The notes beneath the pieces are model-generated. The model saw only the letters and a program-made list of their open reading frames with translations, ran no database searches and was not told where the DNA came from. A stretch of 29,562 nt of DNA from the IMG/VR virus record IMGVR_UViG_3300012667_000814, positions 1-29,562 of that record; one strand, written 5' to 3'. A program made the position numbers and the translations under genes. This document shows, one piece after another, positions 22,314-29,562 of this stretch (position 1 is its first letter; each line of letters begins with the position of its first letter). This stretch comes from a virus (Duplodnaviria; Caudoviricetes).

Positions 22314-22666
22314 TTGTTATCATCCTCGTATCGTTGTTCTAATGCTGCAATGCGAATCAATAGCTTTGCGTGGCTGTGTTCTAAATGTTCGATCGTTGAT
22401 GTGAAGCCATCGATAGCTTTCAAGTCTACAGCCAAACGTCTATGGAACGAGTCTTCACCATCATCACAGCTGACCAACCAATCGATCCTCTGAGCATACA
22501 CAGCAGCCATTCGAAGATATCGAAGTCCAGTCCTAAACTCAGCAATCGTTGCTGGTGAGTACTGCTCGCTCGCTGAATAATAGGCATCCTTGGCGATCAG
22601 CTCCTCCACATCATCGGCAATAGTATCGATCTCGTATTGCTTATAGCTAAAGTGACCGCCACTCAT
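22310..22666 (-). CDS. conserved phage protein
   Basis: MSGGHFSY.QY...YAQRIDWLVS.DDGEDSF; ATGA overlap at 22666. Confidence 0.8.
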   Translation of the reverse strand: MSGGHFSYKQYEIDTIADDVEELIAKDAYYSASEQYSPATIAEFRTGLRYLRMAAVYAQRIDWLVSCDDGEDSFHRRLAVDLKAIDGFTSTIEHLEHSHAKLLIRIAALEQRYEDDNK

Positions 22667-22920
22667 ATACAATCATGCCTCTCTGTAGGATACATTTGGA
22701 TTGAGATCAAGAAGATTGGTCCCGATAGTATGCTAGACATGATCGCCATGATTGGCTTGGCCACCTTATCTACGGTACCTCCCGGCGTGGTAGATGTCCA
22801 ATCGACAGGAGTGATACCTCCACCGAACATAATCCATGTCCAGATATCAACAAACAACGTGAGTGCTGGTAGGATTAGTATACATCCTAACACCATGAAC
22901 AATATGCTAATCGCTTTCAT
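22663..22920 (-). CDS. two-TM membrane protein
   Basis: Two hydrophobic segments. Confidence 0.65.
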   Translation of the reverse strand: MKAISILFMVLGCILILPALTLFVDIWTWIMFGGGITPVDWTSTTPGGTVDKVAKPIMAIMSSILSGPIFLISIQMYPTERHDCI

Positions 22921-23065
22921 CTACATTCCTTTGCTGGATCTTATCCAACTTGCGTTGATCTTTGAATGTCTTCTTGAGCTCCCACTTACGCCGCTTGCGT
23001 TCCATGCGCTCCACCCATTCTCTAATCGTCTTACTCGTTCTCGTATTCGTGGGTTCGTTTGTCAT
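22907..23065 (-). CDS. small basic protein
   Basis: Start set at ATG 23065 (MTNEPTNTR...). Confidence 0.5.
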   Translation of the reverse strand: MTNEPTNTRTSKTIREWVERMERKRRKWELKKTFKDQRKLDKIQQRNVDESD

Positions 23066-23270
23066 TATCGCTTCCATATGGAATACAGTCGCCGTCCCAT
23101 CCATCAACATTGCCGTGGTATGGGAATACTGATTGGACAGCATCAGATCGACTGGGAAGATCACTCATTGCTTCATGTACAACATCCTCAGCAATGCCGA
23201 CTGCCTCAGCAATATCCTCTGCTGCGACAACATACTGGAACTTAGCGGTTACAGTGAATAGCTTTTTCAT
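23031..23270 (-). CDS. hypothetical protein
   Basis: V.AED..EA...A and GWD..CIPYG; GGAG RBS inside the ligase 3' end region. Confidence 0.65.
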   Translation of the reverse strand: MKKLFTVTAKFQYVVAAEDIAEAVGIAEDVVHEAMSDLPSRSDAVQSVFPYHGNVDGWDGDCIPYGSDNDKRTHEYENE

Positions 23271-24607
23271 TTACATGCTTCCATAATATCTTCTAGGCTG
23301 TCTGCGTTGCTCTTATCCTCGCGGACTTCGAGATAGATTGGAAGGAACAACGACTTAACGTCTGTCCTCTTATCGTCAACGATTGCATTGAACTTGACAG
23401 CAATCACTTTACCGACTACGTCACGACCAATACGCTCTCGGTCATTGTCATTGAATCCCGAACCAACGCCAACCATCAGTTTACCGCATGATGATTGTAA
23501 TTGCAACGCACCAAGGCGACCAATATTCTTACCAGTACCCTCGTCCCAACCAATACAAAGCAAGTCGCACTCAAACTCACCCTTGTACTTCACTTGGTGC
23601 TTAGCACGCTTGTTTTCCCAAATACCAAATCGGTCTTTGAGGATGATGCCTTCCTGACCTTGGCCCAAGTACTTGAGGAATACCTTCTGTGCTTCTTCCG
23701 GAGTCTCTACTACATCATGATTGACCATAGCAACTAAGTGTCCGAATGATGTAGTCTCACGTACGTTGAATACAGCTTGACTCAGTTCCATTACACGCTC
23801 GAAGTACGGAACGCTATACTTACCAATAGCAAAGAATCCAACTGGAATAGCATCCCAAACGGTGGCGCGAACATGCTCCGCATCTTCCTCAGACATAGTA
23901 CCCTTGACAGCTTTGTTCAGAATACCATTACCAGTCTTACGGTCGAGCGGTCGGCCATCGGCACCAACAACCAACAGTTCACCATCGAACACCATGTCTT
24001 GTTGATATGACTTAGCCATCTCGATGAATGGTTGCTGAAACAGATCAGACGGAATGTCAATCAGTTTACCGTTGCGCGAACGGAATTCGCACTTACCGTC
24101 CTTGACGATAGCATTGAATCGCATGCCATCCATCTTCAATTGAGCATATGCTGGGAATGCAATCTTATCGATTAGCTTCTGTTCGAATGCTGATGCAAGC
24201 ATGCAGGGGTACTCAGGAATCAATCCTGGCCACACCTTATTGACTGTAGAGTCAGACACACCACACTTCAATTCCTTTTGGATAATTCGTTCAATCACTT
24301 CAGCATCGAAGGCATTACAACGTGAAAGGATATCCCGCAAGTAATCGATACCAGCATGGCCAGTAAGCTCACGTGTGGACAACTTATTCAACATATGCAT
24401 TGCTGTATCCAGATCAATACGGTTGTCCATTTGACCGGACAATGTATCATACTCAGGAATCTTACGAATGAAGAATTGAGTATATGGATCGAGTGCCAAG
24501 AACACCGCTTGCATTAGCGTAGTGTTGTTTACATTCTGTTTCAGGTAGTCGATCTTAAAGTTGCGACCGTTATCTGATGCGAGGGTATTAAGGATGTTTA
24601 ATATCAT
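23267..24607 (-). CDS. ATP-dependent DNA ligase (T4 gp30-like)
   Basis: Motif I KMDGMR, plus SRNGK, FDGEL, EGIILK, WENKR and SLFLP.Y..VR.DK. Confidence 0.95.
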   Translation of the reverse strand: MILNILNTLASDNGRNFKIDYLKQNVNNTTLMQAVFLALDPYTQFFIRKIPEYDTLSGQMDNRIDLDTAMHMLNKLSTRELTGHAGIDYLRDILSRCNAFDAEVIERIIQKELKCGVSDSTVNKVWPGLIPEYPCMLASAFEQKLIDKIAFPAYAQLKMDGMRFNAIVKDGKCEFRSRNGKLIDIPSDLFQQPFIEMAKSYQQDMVFDGELLVVGADGRPLDRKTGNGILNKAVKGTMSEEDAEHVRATVWDAIPVGFFAIGKYSVPYFERVMELSQAVFNVRETTSFGHLVAMVNHDVVETPEEAQKVFLKYLGQGQEGIILKDRFGIWENKRAKHQVKYKGEFECDLLCIGWDEGTGKNIGRLGALQLQSSCGKLMVGVGSGFNDNDRERIGRDVVGKVIAVKFNAIVDDKRTDVKSLFLPIYLEVREDKSNADSLEDIMEACK

Positions 24608-25137
24608 TTGAATACTCGGCTGACGTAGTAGTATGCATTAGCGTACGTAATGCTGAGCTCTGCTGCAATCAGCTTAGCAATGTCGCCTGCAGGCTTGCCT
24701 TTGTTGGCAATGAAGATCTTATGAGCTGCAGCTTTCTTGTCTCCGCCATCCTTGCCGCCGGTGCGTTTAGGCTTAGACACAGACAGCCCCACTCGGTCGC
24801 TGCCATGATCATATTCAACTTCGATACCAGCATATAGTTCTGGCATGGTTGCTTTGATCTTCTCTACGCGACGAGCTGCTGCAACTGCAGCTTGTGCTGG
24901 ATCATAGTCTTCCCCGTTGAGGATTACTTGTTCGATCAGCGTCTTAGCATATGTTTCAGCATCAACAGGATGATCGATTGGAGCACACCCTAAGTCTTTG
25001 ATCAGACGGTTGCAGATGGTGGCTTTACGCGTGCGGTCATCATCCAACTTCATGTTAAAAGATGTTAACGCACGTGTAACTGACGATAAATCTAGGTAAT
25101 ATCGGTTAGTTAGCACTTGGCGGTAGTTTGACGTCAT
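24604..25137 (-). CDS. hypothetical protein with a putative C-terminal HTH-like domain
   Basis: Start ATG 25137 after GGAG; DKKAAAHKIF...IAAELSITYANAYYYV. Confidence 0.8.
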   Translation of the reverse strand: MTSNYRQVLTNRYYLDLSSVTRALTSFNMKLDDDRTRKATICNRLIKDLGCAPIDHPVDAETYAKTLIEQVILNGEDYDPAQAAVAAARRVEKIKATMPELYAGIEVEYDHGSDRVGLSVSKPKRTGGKDGGDKKAAAHKIFIANKGKPAGDIAKLIAAELSITYANAYYYVSRVFK

Positions 25138-25163
25138 GTGGGGCTCCATTTAAATATAAGCCC

Positions 25164-25193
25164 ATTATAACATAAACCACCGCGTTAGTAAAC
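25164..25193 (-). promoter_or_regulatory. T4 early-like promoter
   Basis: GTTTACT, 17 bp, TATAAT (25169-25164) with an extended -10 TG. Confidence 0.75.
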
Positions 25194-25206
25194 TAGCAAT
25201 ATAGTG

Positions 25207-25896
25207 TTATTCTAGATTCATGTGGTACTGACTGAACAACTGATACACTTGTTCTCTGTAATCAGCAGTTCGTTTGACAAACACTTGATGTGAGATCCTC
25301 TCACTCTCTTCCACTGCAATGATAATTGCAATTTGTGGGACCTTGATTGAAGGGTACATCTCTTCCAACATAATAGCATATGCTGTAGATTGAAGGAAGT
25401 AGTCAGTAATCCACTCCTCTTTCTTTTCTTTCTTGGATGTCTTAAAATCGACGATCGATCGAATCCCATCAAACTGAGCAATCAAGTCAGTACGTCCAGC
25501 AGACTTCAATCGGTCACTGAACAAGGCAATCTCATTGCCGTATATTGTACCTACTCTAGTGTCTAGAACGGGTTTAATCTTCTTGAACATCTCGACAGCT
25601 GTCGGCATATGTCCGCGAAGGGGATTAGGGAAATTACACGTGTAATTCTCGCAAATAGTATGCATACCAGTACCACGACTCGTTGCCTGTCGTGAGATCT
25701 TGTTTGCTTCCTTTTCACCTACACGTGCTTTCCAATTAGCGAGTACCTTCTTCTTCTCTTCGCTCTGCATTGCAGATAGAACGGTTGTGATAGAAGGATA
25801 CTTAGCACCAGAAGGGGTGATGTAGAATCGACCCGCTTCCGTTGTTTCGCTATCTAGATCAATTTGAGGGAGCTCTTCCCTGTGGAATGTCTTCAT
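25207..25896 (-). CDS. PD-(D/E)XK exonuclease (T4-like phage / MGME1-type)
   Basis: YPSITTVL, RGT.MH..CE, AGRTDLIA, IVDFKTS and YFLQSTAYA. Confidence 0.9.
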   Translation of the reverse strand: MKTFHREELPQIDLDSETTEAGRFYITPSGAKYPSITTVLSAMQSEEKKKVLANWKARVGEKEANKISRQATSRGTGMHTICENYTCNFPNPLRGHMPTAVEMFKKIKPVLDTRVGTIYGNEIALFSDRLKSAGRTDLIAQFDGIRSIVDFKTSKKEKKEEWITDYFLQSTAYAIMLEEMYPSIKVPQIAIIIAVEESERISHQVFVKRTADYREQVYQLFSQYHMNLE

Positions 25897-26653
25897 ACTT
25901 TAATTTCGCTAAAATGTAATCTTTCACCAGACTGGATCTTACGATGTCCTGTGCAGTGAATTCAATTCGTGTAAATGCTTTCATGTGATGAGCGATATCG
26001 AAGAATTTCAAGATTCCAGACTTATCATCCTTCTTGCGAAGGTCGGTTTGTCTGTAGTCCCCACACCAAATGATCTTTGATCTGTGGCCTACTCGAGTCA
26101 TAACAGTATCGATCTCTTCATAGTTCATATTCTGCATCTCATCAACAATGATGATAGCGTCATCGAAACTCATACCACGAATGAATGAAGTGCTAATGAA
26201 CTCAATGTACCCTTGCTCTTCAAGTCTCTGGTATGCATCCTTACGTCCGAATAGCGTTTCGCAGATCTGACGGTATGGTTGCTGATAGATCTCAGTCTTC
26301 TCATTTAAGTCGCCAGGCAAATGCCCAACTTCTCTTGTCTGTACGGCTGACCGCACAATAATGATTTTATTGAATGGATTAGACTTGTCTAGTACTTCCT
26401 CCAATGCCTTATACAAAGCAATGAACGTCTTACCAGTACCGGCTACACCATGCAATGCTACAAAGTAGTCTCCTCGTTTGTACGCATCATAGAATGTGCG
26501 TTGGTTATCCGTTAATGGCTGAAATGTTTTCAGTTGATCGATTTTGATTTTAAGTCCGTGGTTGTTACCAACGTGCTTATTCTCTTTTTGTTGTCTTGCA
26601 TCATATTCATCGTCAGATGGTACTGCTTGCAAATTCGATCTTTTCGTCGCCAT
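25859..26653 (-). CDS. phoH: PhoH-family ATPase
   Basis: Walker A GVAGTGKT, plus GHLPG, FIRGMSF, IVDEMQN, CGDYRQTD and DIVRS.LVK. Confidence 0.95.
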   Translation of the reverse strand: MATKRSNLQAVPSDDEYDARQQKENKHVGNNHGLKIKIDQLKTFQPLTDNQRTFYDAYKRGDYFVALHGVAGTGKTFIALYKALEEVLDKSNPFNKIIIVRSAVQTREVGHLPGDLNEKTEIYQQPYRQICETLFGRKDAYQRLEEQGYIEFISTSFIRGMSFDDAIIIVDEMQNMNYEEIDTVMTRVGHRSKIIWCGDYRQTDLRKKDDKSGILKFFDIAHHMKAFTRIEFTAQDIVRSSLVKDYILAKLKYEDIPQGRAPSN

Positions 26654-26668
26654 AGAGCTCCCTTGTTG

Positions 26669-26989
26669 TTATGAAATACCCCCGGTGGTGCTTTTCCATT
26701 TACGTACGGCTCGATCAGTCTGCGACTGTTTAATCGTTTTCCGTGGTCCATGGTTGTCAGCAAGAGTAGAGTTGGGGTGGGCTTCAGAGATCTTTGATAA
26801 CACCTCTTTGAACCCACCATCAACTTTACCTGTCACAGAAACACCCGACACCAACGAAGGAATGCTGCTGGCATCGAAATACCGCTCATGCTTCGGATGT
26901 TCCTCTTTATAAAGATCATACTCCCGTAAGCTTAGAAAGATGTCAAACACCTCATTGGTCTCGACATCCCTAAACGTATACATCGGCAT
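26669..26989 (-). CDS. FmdB-like regulatory protein (Cys-less variant typical of T4-like phages)
   Basis: MPMYTFRDVETNEVFD...GFKEVLSKI...HP.S; start set at ATG 26989. Confidence 0.75.
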   Translation of the reverse strand: MPMYTFRDVETNEVFDIFLSLREYDLYKEEHPKHERYFDASSIPSLVSGVSVTGKVDGGFKEVLSKISEAHPNSTLADNHGPRKTIKQSQTDRAVRKWKSTTGGIS

Positions 26990-26990
26990 A

Positions 26991-27284
26991 TTACTTGGTC
27001 TTCTTCGTAGTAGCAGCAGGAGCAGCTTTTGGCTTGCGCTTGACTGGTGCAACTTTAGCAGGAGCAGCACTCTCGTCGCGCTTGACGAATGTACGCTTCT
27101 TCTGTGGTGCTGCCTGTGGAGTCGGTTTCTTCAACCATTCCTCTTTAGGCATGCGTGGCTTTGCAGCTGGCTTAGCCTTCTGCTCCACAGGTTGTTGATT
27201 GACCGCTTGAACTACTGGATCGACAGTAGGTGCCGCAGGTTTGGCGCCAAAAATAAATTCTGACAGTTTGCTTAGTAAAGACAT
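26991..27284 (-). CDS. Lys/Ala/Pro-rich basic protein
   Basis: AKPAA/KPKAAPA low-complexity sequence; AAGGAG RBS. Confidence 0.75.
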   Translation of the reverse strand: MSLLSKLSEFIFGAKPAAPTVDPVVQAVNQQPVEQKAKPAAKPRMPKEEWLKKPTPQAAPQKKRTFVKRDESAAPAKVAPVKRKPKAAPAATTKKTK

Positions 27285-27298
27285 TGGTTTCTCCTTTT

Positions 27299-27478
27299 TT
27301 AGTCTATATCTTCTAGTAACGCTTTTATATCTTTTGTCTTGATTGCTCTATCAATGTTCCTAACCTCTTGATTTCGTTTGTCCATCCTGCTCTTGTTGGC
27401 GTGATGTTCTCTCTCACTATCGAAATCTTTAAATGACTTAGGACGCTTGACCTTGTAGTTCAATCTACTTTCTTTCAT
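27299..27478 (-). CDS. small basic protein (not in the ORF track)
   Basis: MKESRLNYKVKRPKSFKDF...IDRAIKTKDIKALLEDID; fills the intergenic gap. Confidence 0.65.
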   Translation of the reverse strand: MKESRLNYKVKRPKSFKDFDSEREHHANKSRMDKRNQEVRNIDRAIKTKDIKALLEDID

Positions 27479-27479
27479 C

Positions 27480-27905
27480 TTATGCTTTCTTCTCCTCGAT
27501 CAATCCAGGGAACGCTTCGTTCACTAGCTTGATTGTGATGCCCTTATATGGAATCTTTTTATTCTTAACAGCAATCAGCAGCTTAGCATCTTCTGGATGG
27601 ATCGACTCCAACAGCTCGATGTACAACGCTTCGCGCTTGATCTTATTGAGGTTAGGATTGCCGCCCTTGATGAATAGGTACAGGCGACGAGCTTCTGATA
27701 TCAGACGCGTCTCTTGACCTGGATATGGACATGGCTTATATGGTGGCTCGGAGTCTGGTAGATCCCACTCGATGTTAGGGTCTAGGGCATACTTGAGCAA
27801 CACTTTCAAAGGAGCACCTTCATGCTGGCGAAGGAATTCTACCTTTGCTGCGGCGCCACTTTGTTCGGATGTTTGTTGTAGTACTTGAAAAAGGGCTAAT
27901 CTCAT
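27480..27905 (-). CDS. conserved T4-like phage protein adjacent to rnh (DUF6433-like)
   Basis: DP.IEW.LP...PPYKP...L..EARRLYLF.KGG...KREALYI.LLE.IHP.DA.LLI.VK.K. Confidence 0.85.
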   Translation of the reverse strand: MRLALFQVLQQTSEQSGAAAKVEFLRQHEGAPLKVLLKYALDPNIEWDLPDSEPPYKPCPYPGQETRLISEARRLYLFIKGGNPNLNKIKREALYIELLESIHPEDAKLLIAVKNKKIPYKGITIKLVNEAFPGLIEEKKA

Positions 27906-27906
27906 G

Positions 27907-28767
27907 TTAGAACTCACTGATGTTTTCCATTAAATATTTCAATTTGTGATCGATAAAATACTGAAACAGCTTATCGCGCTTCTTGCCACCTTCACTGTCA
28001 TATCTTTCCAGTACAGTGTCTTGTATGTATTGTGGAATGTTATGCAAGTCAATCAGCATCTCGTTTCGCTTGAAGTTGCGGTACTGCTCTTCTGTGAGTA
28101 CTGATTGTAGGTTTGGAGTAGACGTCCATAGCGCGATCTTATCGGCACGGAGTGGTTTTTGGCGTTCGCCCTCAGCAATGCAATGATCGGCTGAGAGGAC
28201 ATTGGGGATGCCATCACCTCTATCACCTTTGAGAATGTGCTCTCGTAGGTATTGGTGTGGATCAGTTGTTTTGATGTACTTCTTGCGAACAGGGTCATAC
28301 TGCTCGATGTTGGAATACACGTGAAGTTGAACGAAGTCTTTATCACCAGAAAGGATTATGATCTTGTCTTTTGTTGCAAGCAACGATCCGTGCTTCATGC
28401 AAAGGGTAGCAATCACATCATCTGCTTCTGCACCTTCAACTTGAATAACACGGTACGGGAAATAAGCCTTCAGCTCATCTCTGACGGTATTTAGACAATT
28501 AAAGATCGCACTCCAGTCTAGTTCTGAGGCTTCGCGTGTCTTCTTGCGGTTAGCTTTGTAGAGGGAGAAGTACTCACGGCGCCATGACTTTTTATCATCA
28601 CAAGCGATCACCATCTCTCCGTATGTCTTAAACATCACACGGTATGAGCGGAGTGAGTTGAGGACCATGTGCCTGAACATGTCCTCTTGTATCTCCATGT
28701 TTGTATGATTGCCGATCTGAGCCATCATTGTGGCAATCATAACTTGGTTTAAGTCGACTATAATCAC
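27907..28767 (-). CDS. rnh: T4-type RNase H (5'-3' exonuclease, FEN family)
   Basis: IIVDLNQV, WRR.YF..YKANRK, EADDVIA, SGDKDFVQL and GDRGDGIPN; GTG start at 28767 overlaps the upstream stop. Confidence 0.95.
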   Translation of the reverse strand: MIIVDLNQVMIATMMAQIGNHTNMEIQEDMFRHMVLNSLRSYRVMFKTYGEMVIACDDKKSWRREYFSLYKANRKKTREASELDWSAIFNCLNTVRDELKAYFPYRVIQVEGAEADDVIATLCMKHGSLLATKDKIIILSGDKDFVQLHVYSNIEQYDPVRKKYIKTTDPHQYLREHILKGDRGDGIPNVLSADHCIAEGERQKPLRADKIALWTSTPNLQSVLTEEQYRNFKRNEMLIDLHNIPQYIQDTVLERYDSEGGKKRDKLFQYFIDHKLKYLMENISEF

Positions 28768-29562
28768 TTCACCAACATTCCCTTTAAGAAATGCTCCCAT
28801 TGTAACTCACGGAGTGTCCATGAATAAAAGATGTCTGCATAGTTCTTCATGCTATGAAGACGAGATTGTGTACCCTCTGTATGTAGGTTCGCAATAGCAC
28901 TATCTAAAACGCTATAGAACAACTGAGCGTGATCTCTCTTATCTTCAATCCACTGATACATTGCAGTCCAGTTAGCAGCAGTCTCAGATAGAGCAGCCAA
29001 GTTCGGATGTACTACCTCACATCCAGCACTCATTGCTTCCATCATGCTAATGCAGCTAGTCTCTTGCCAAATGCTAGGGTACGCGTAGATGTCTGCCTTA
29101 GCTAGCGCATCACGAATAACTTCATTTGGTTGATAGCCGTGGTAGTTGATCTTTGGATGATTGCGAGCAAACTCAAACAGAGGTTCGTATGGTTGATCTC
29201 GTTCTGGCCAACCATATGCATTGAAGCTAGAGTACACATCTAGTTCAATGTTATCATACTTCTTGCACAGAGCATCAAACACAGGCAACAACAGCTCGAG
29301 GCCACGGTGCGGTGTAGTATGATAGATCAATCGGATCTTACCATCGTTTTGTTTGTTTGGTGTGATTGGCTCGATAGCATTCTGCAACACTACGCACTTC
29401 TGCCATGGCATACCATAGTGACGTTGATACCACTGGAATTGCCAATTGGATACAAAGATCAGCTTTTCGAACTTATTCCATCCACCATTAGCTAGGTGTG
29501 CGGACTCTGGGTCGCCTGGAAGGTCATGTAGCCAGTACAGCTCTACTCTGTTGCCGTCTGGG
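28764..29562 (-). CDS. GT-B glycosyltransferase (family 4-like), 5'-partial
   Basis: Frame is open to the window end (...YWLHDLPGDPE...IFVSNWQ...); TPHRGL and YPSIWQETSCISMMEAMSAGC. Confidence 0.9.
   Translation of the reverse strand, partial: PDGNRVELYWLHDLPGDPESAHLANGGWNKFEKLIFVSNWQFQWYQRHYGMPWQKCVVLQNAIEPITPNKQNDGKIRLIYHTTPHRGLELLLPVFDALCKKYDNIELDVYSSFNAYGWPERDQPYEPLFEFARNHPKINYHGYQPNEVIRDALAKADIYAYPSIWQETSCISMMEAMSAGCEVVHPNLAALSETAANWTAMYQWIEDKRDHAQLFYSVLDSAIANLHTEGTQSRLHSMKNYADIFYSWTLRELQWEHFLKGMLVK

Noticed and set aside
20585-23245. Long plus-strand ORFs (20585-20998, 21445-21912, 22637-23245) and other shadow ORFs
   Set aside because: They are antisense to well-supported, translationally coupled minus-strand genes and lack an RBS or recognisable motifs.
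29412-29562. Glycosyltransferase appearing short (215 aa) or pseudogenised
   Set aside because: The frame stays open upstream of 29411 to the window edge; the gene is only truncated by the window.
1-29562. tRNA/rRNA genes, transposases, integrase, stop-codon recoding
   Set aside because: No cloverleaf or T-loop signature was seen in the few intergenic gaps (tRNAscan-SE would be decisive); no transposase or integrase motifs; conserved genes read through intact in the standard code.

Overview
A 29.6-kb segment of a large T4-like (myovirus-type) dsDNA phage genome, almost entirely coded on the minus strand. The right end carries T4-like core genes: partial GT-B glycosyltransferase, RNase H, PhoH, PD-(D/E)XK exonuclease and ATP-dependent DNA ligase. 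The left end carries an NAD-salvage cluster: NadM-Nudix, a macro domain, NadV/Nampt and a probable orphan Xre/MbcA/ParS-type antitoxin domain. The two NAD enzymes each have their own sigma70 promoter and share a covarying two-hairpin 5' leader (GAUAGAC loop plus a Shine-Dalgarno-sequestering hairpin), which is a candidate uncharacterised riboswitch or translational operator. The middle is a plastic region of small genes. It includes an expanded paralog family (MNER...FAELI..C...HFGVE) and an early-gene island (13.3-18.6 kb) driven by six repeated sigma70 promoter/RBS cassettes. Each cassette is preceded by a 27-bp quasi-palindromic box exactly 2 or 11 bp upstream of the -35. Two non-coding elements sharing AAAACACG repeats bracket the island, and a pair of nuclease-less NUMOD3 proteins follows it. 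No tRNA, rRNA or CRISPR array was seen. All family assignments come from motif recognition by eye, not from database searches.
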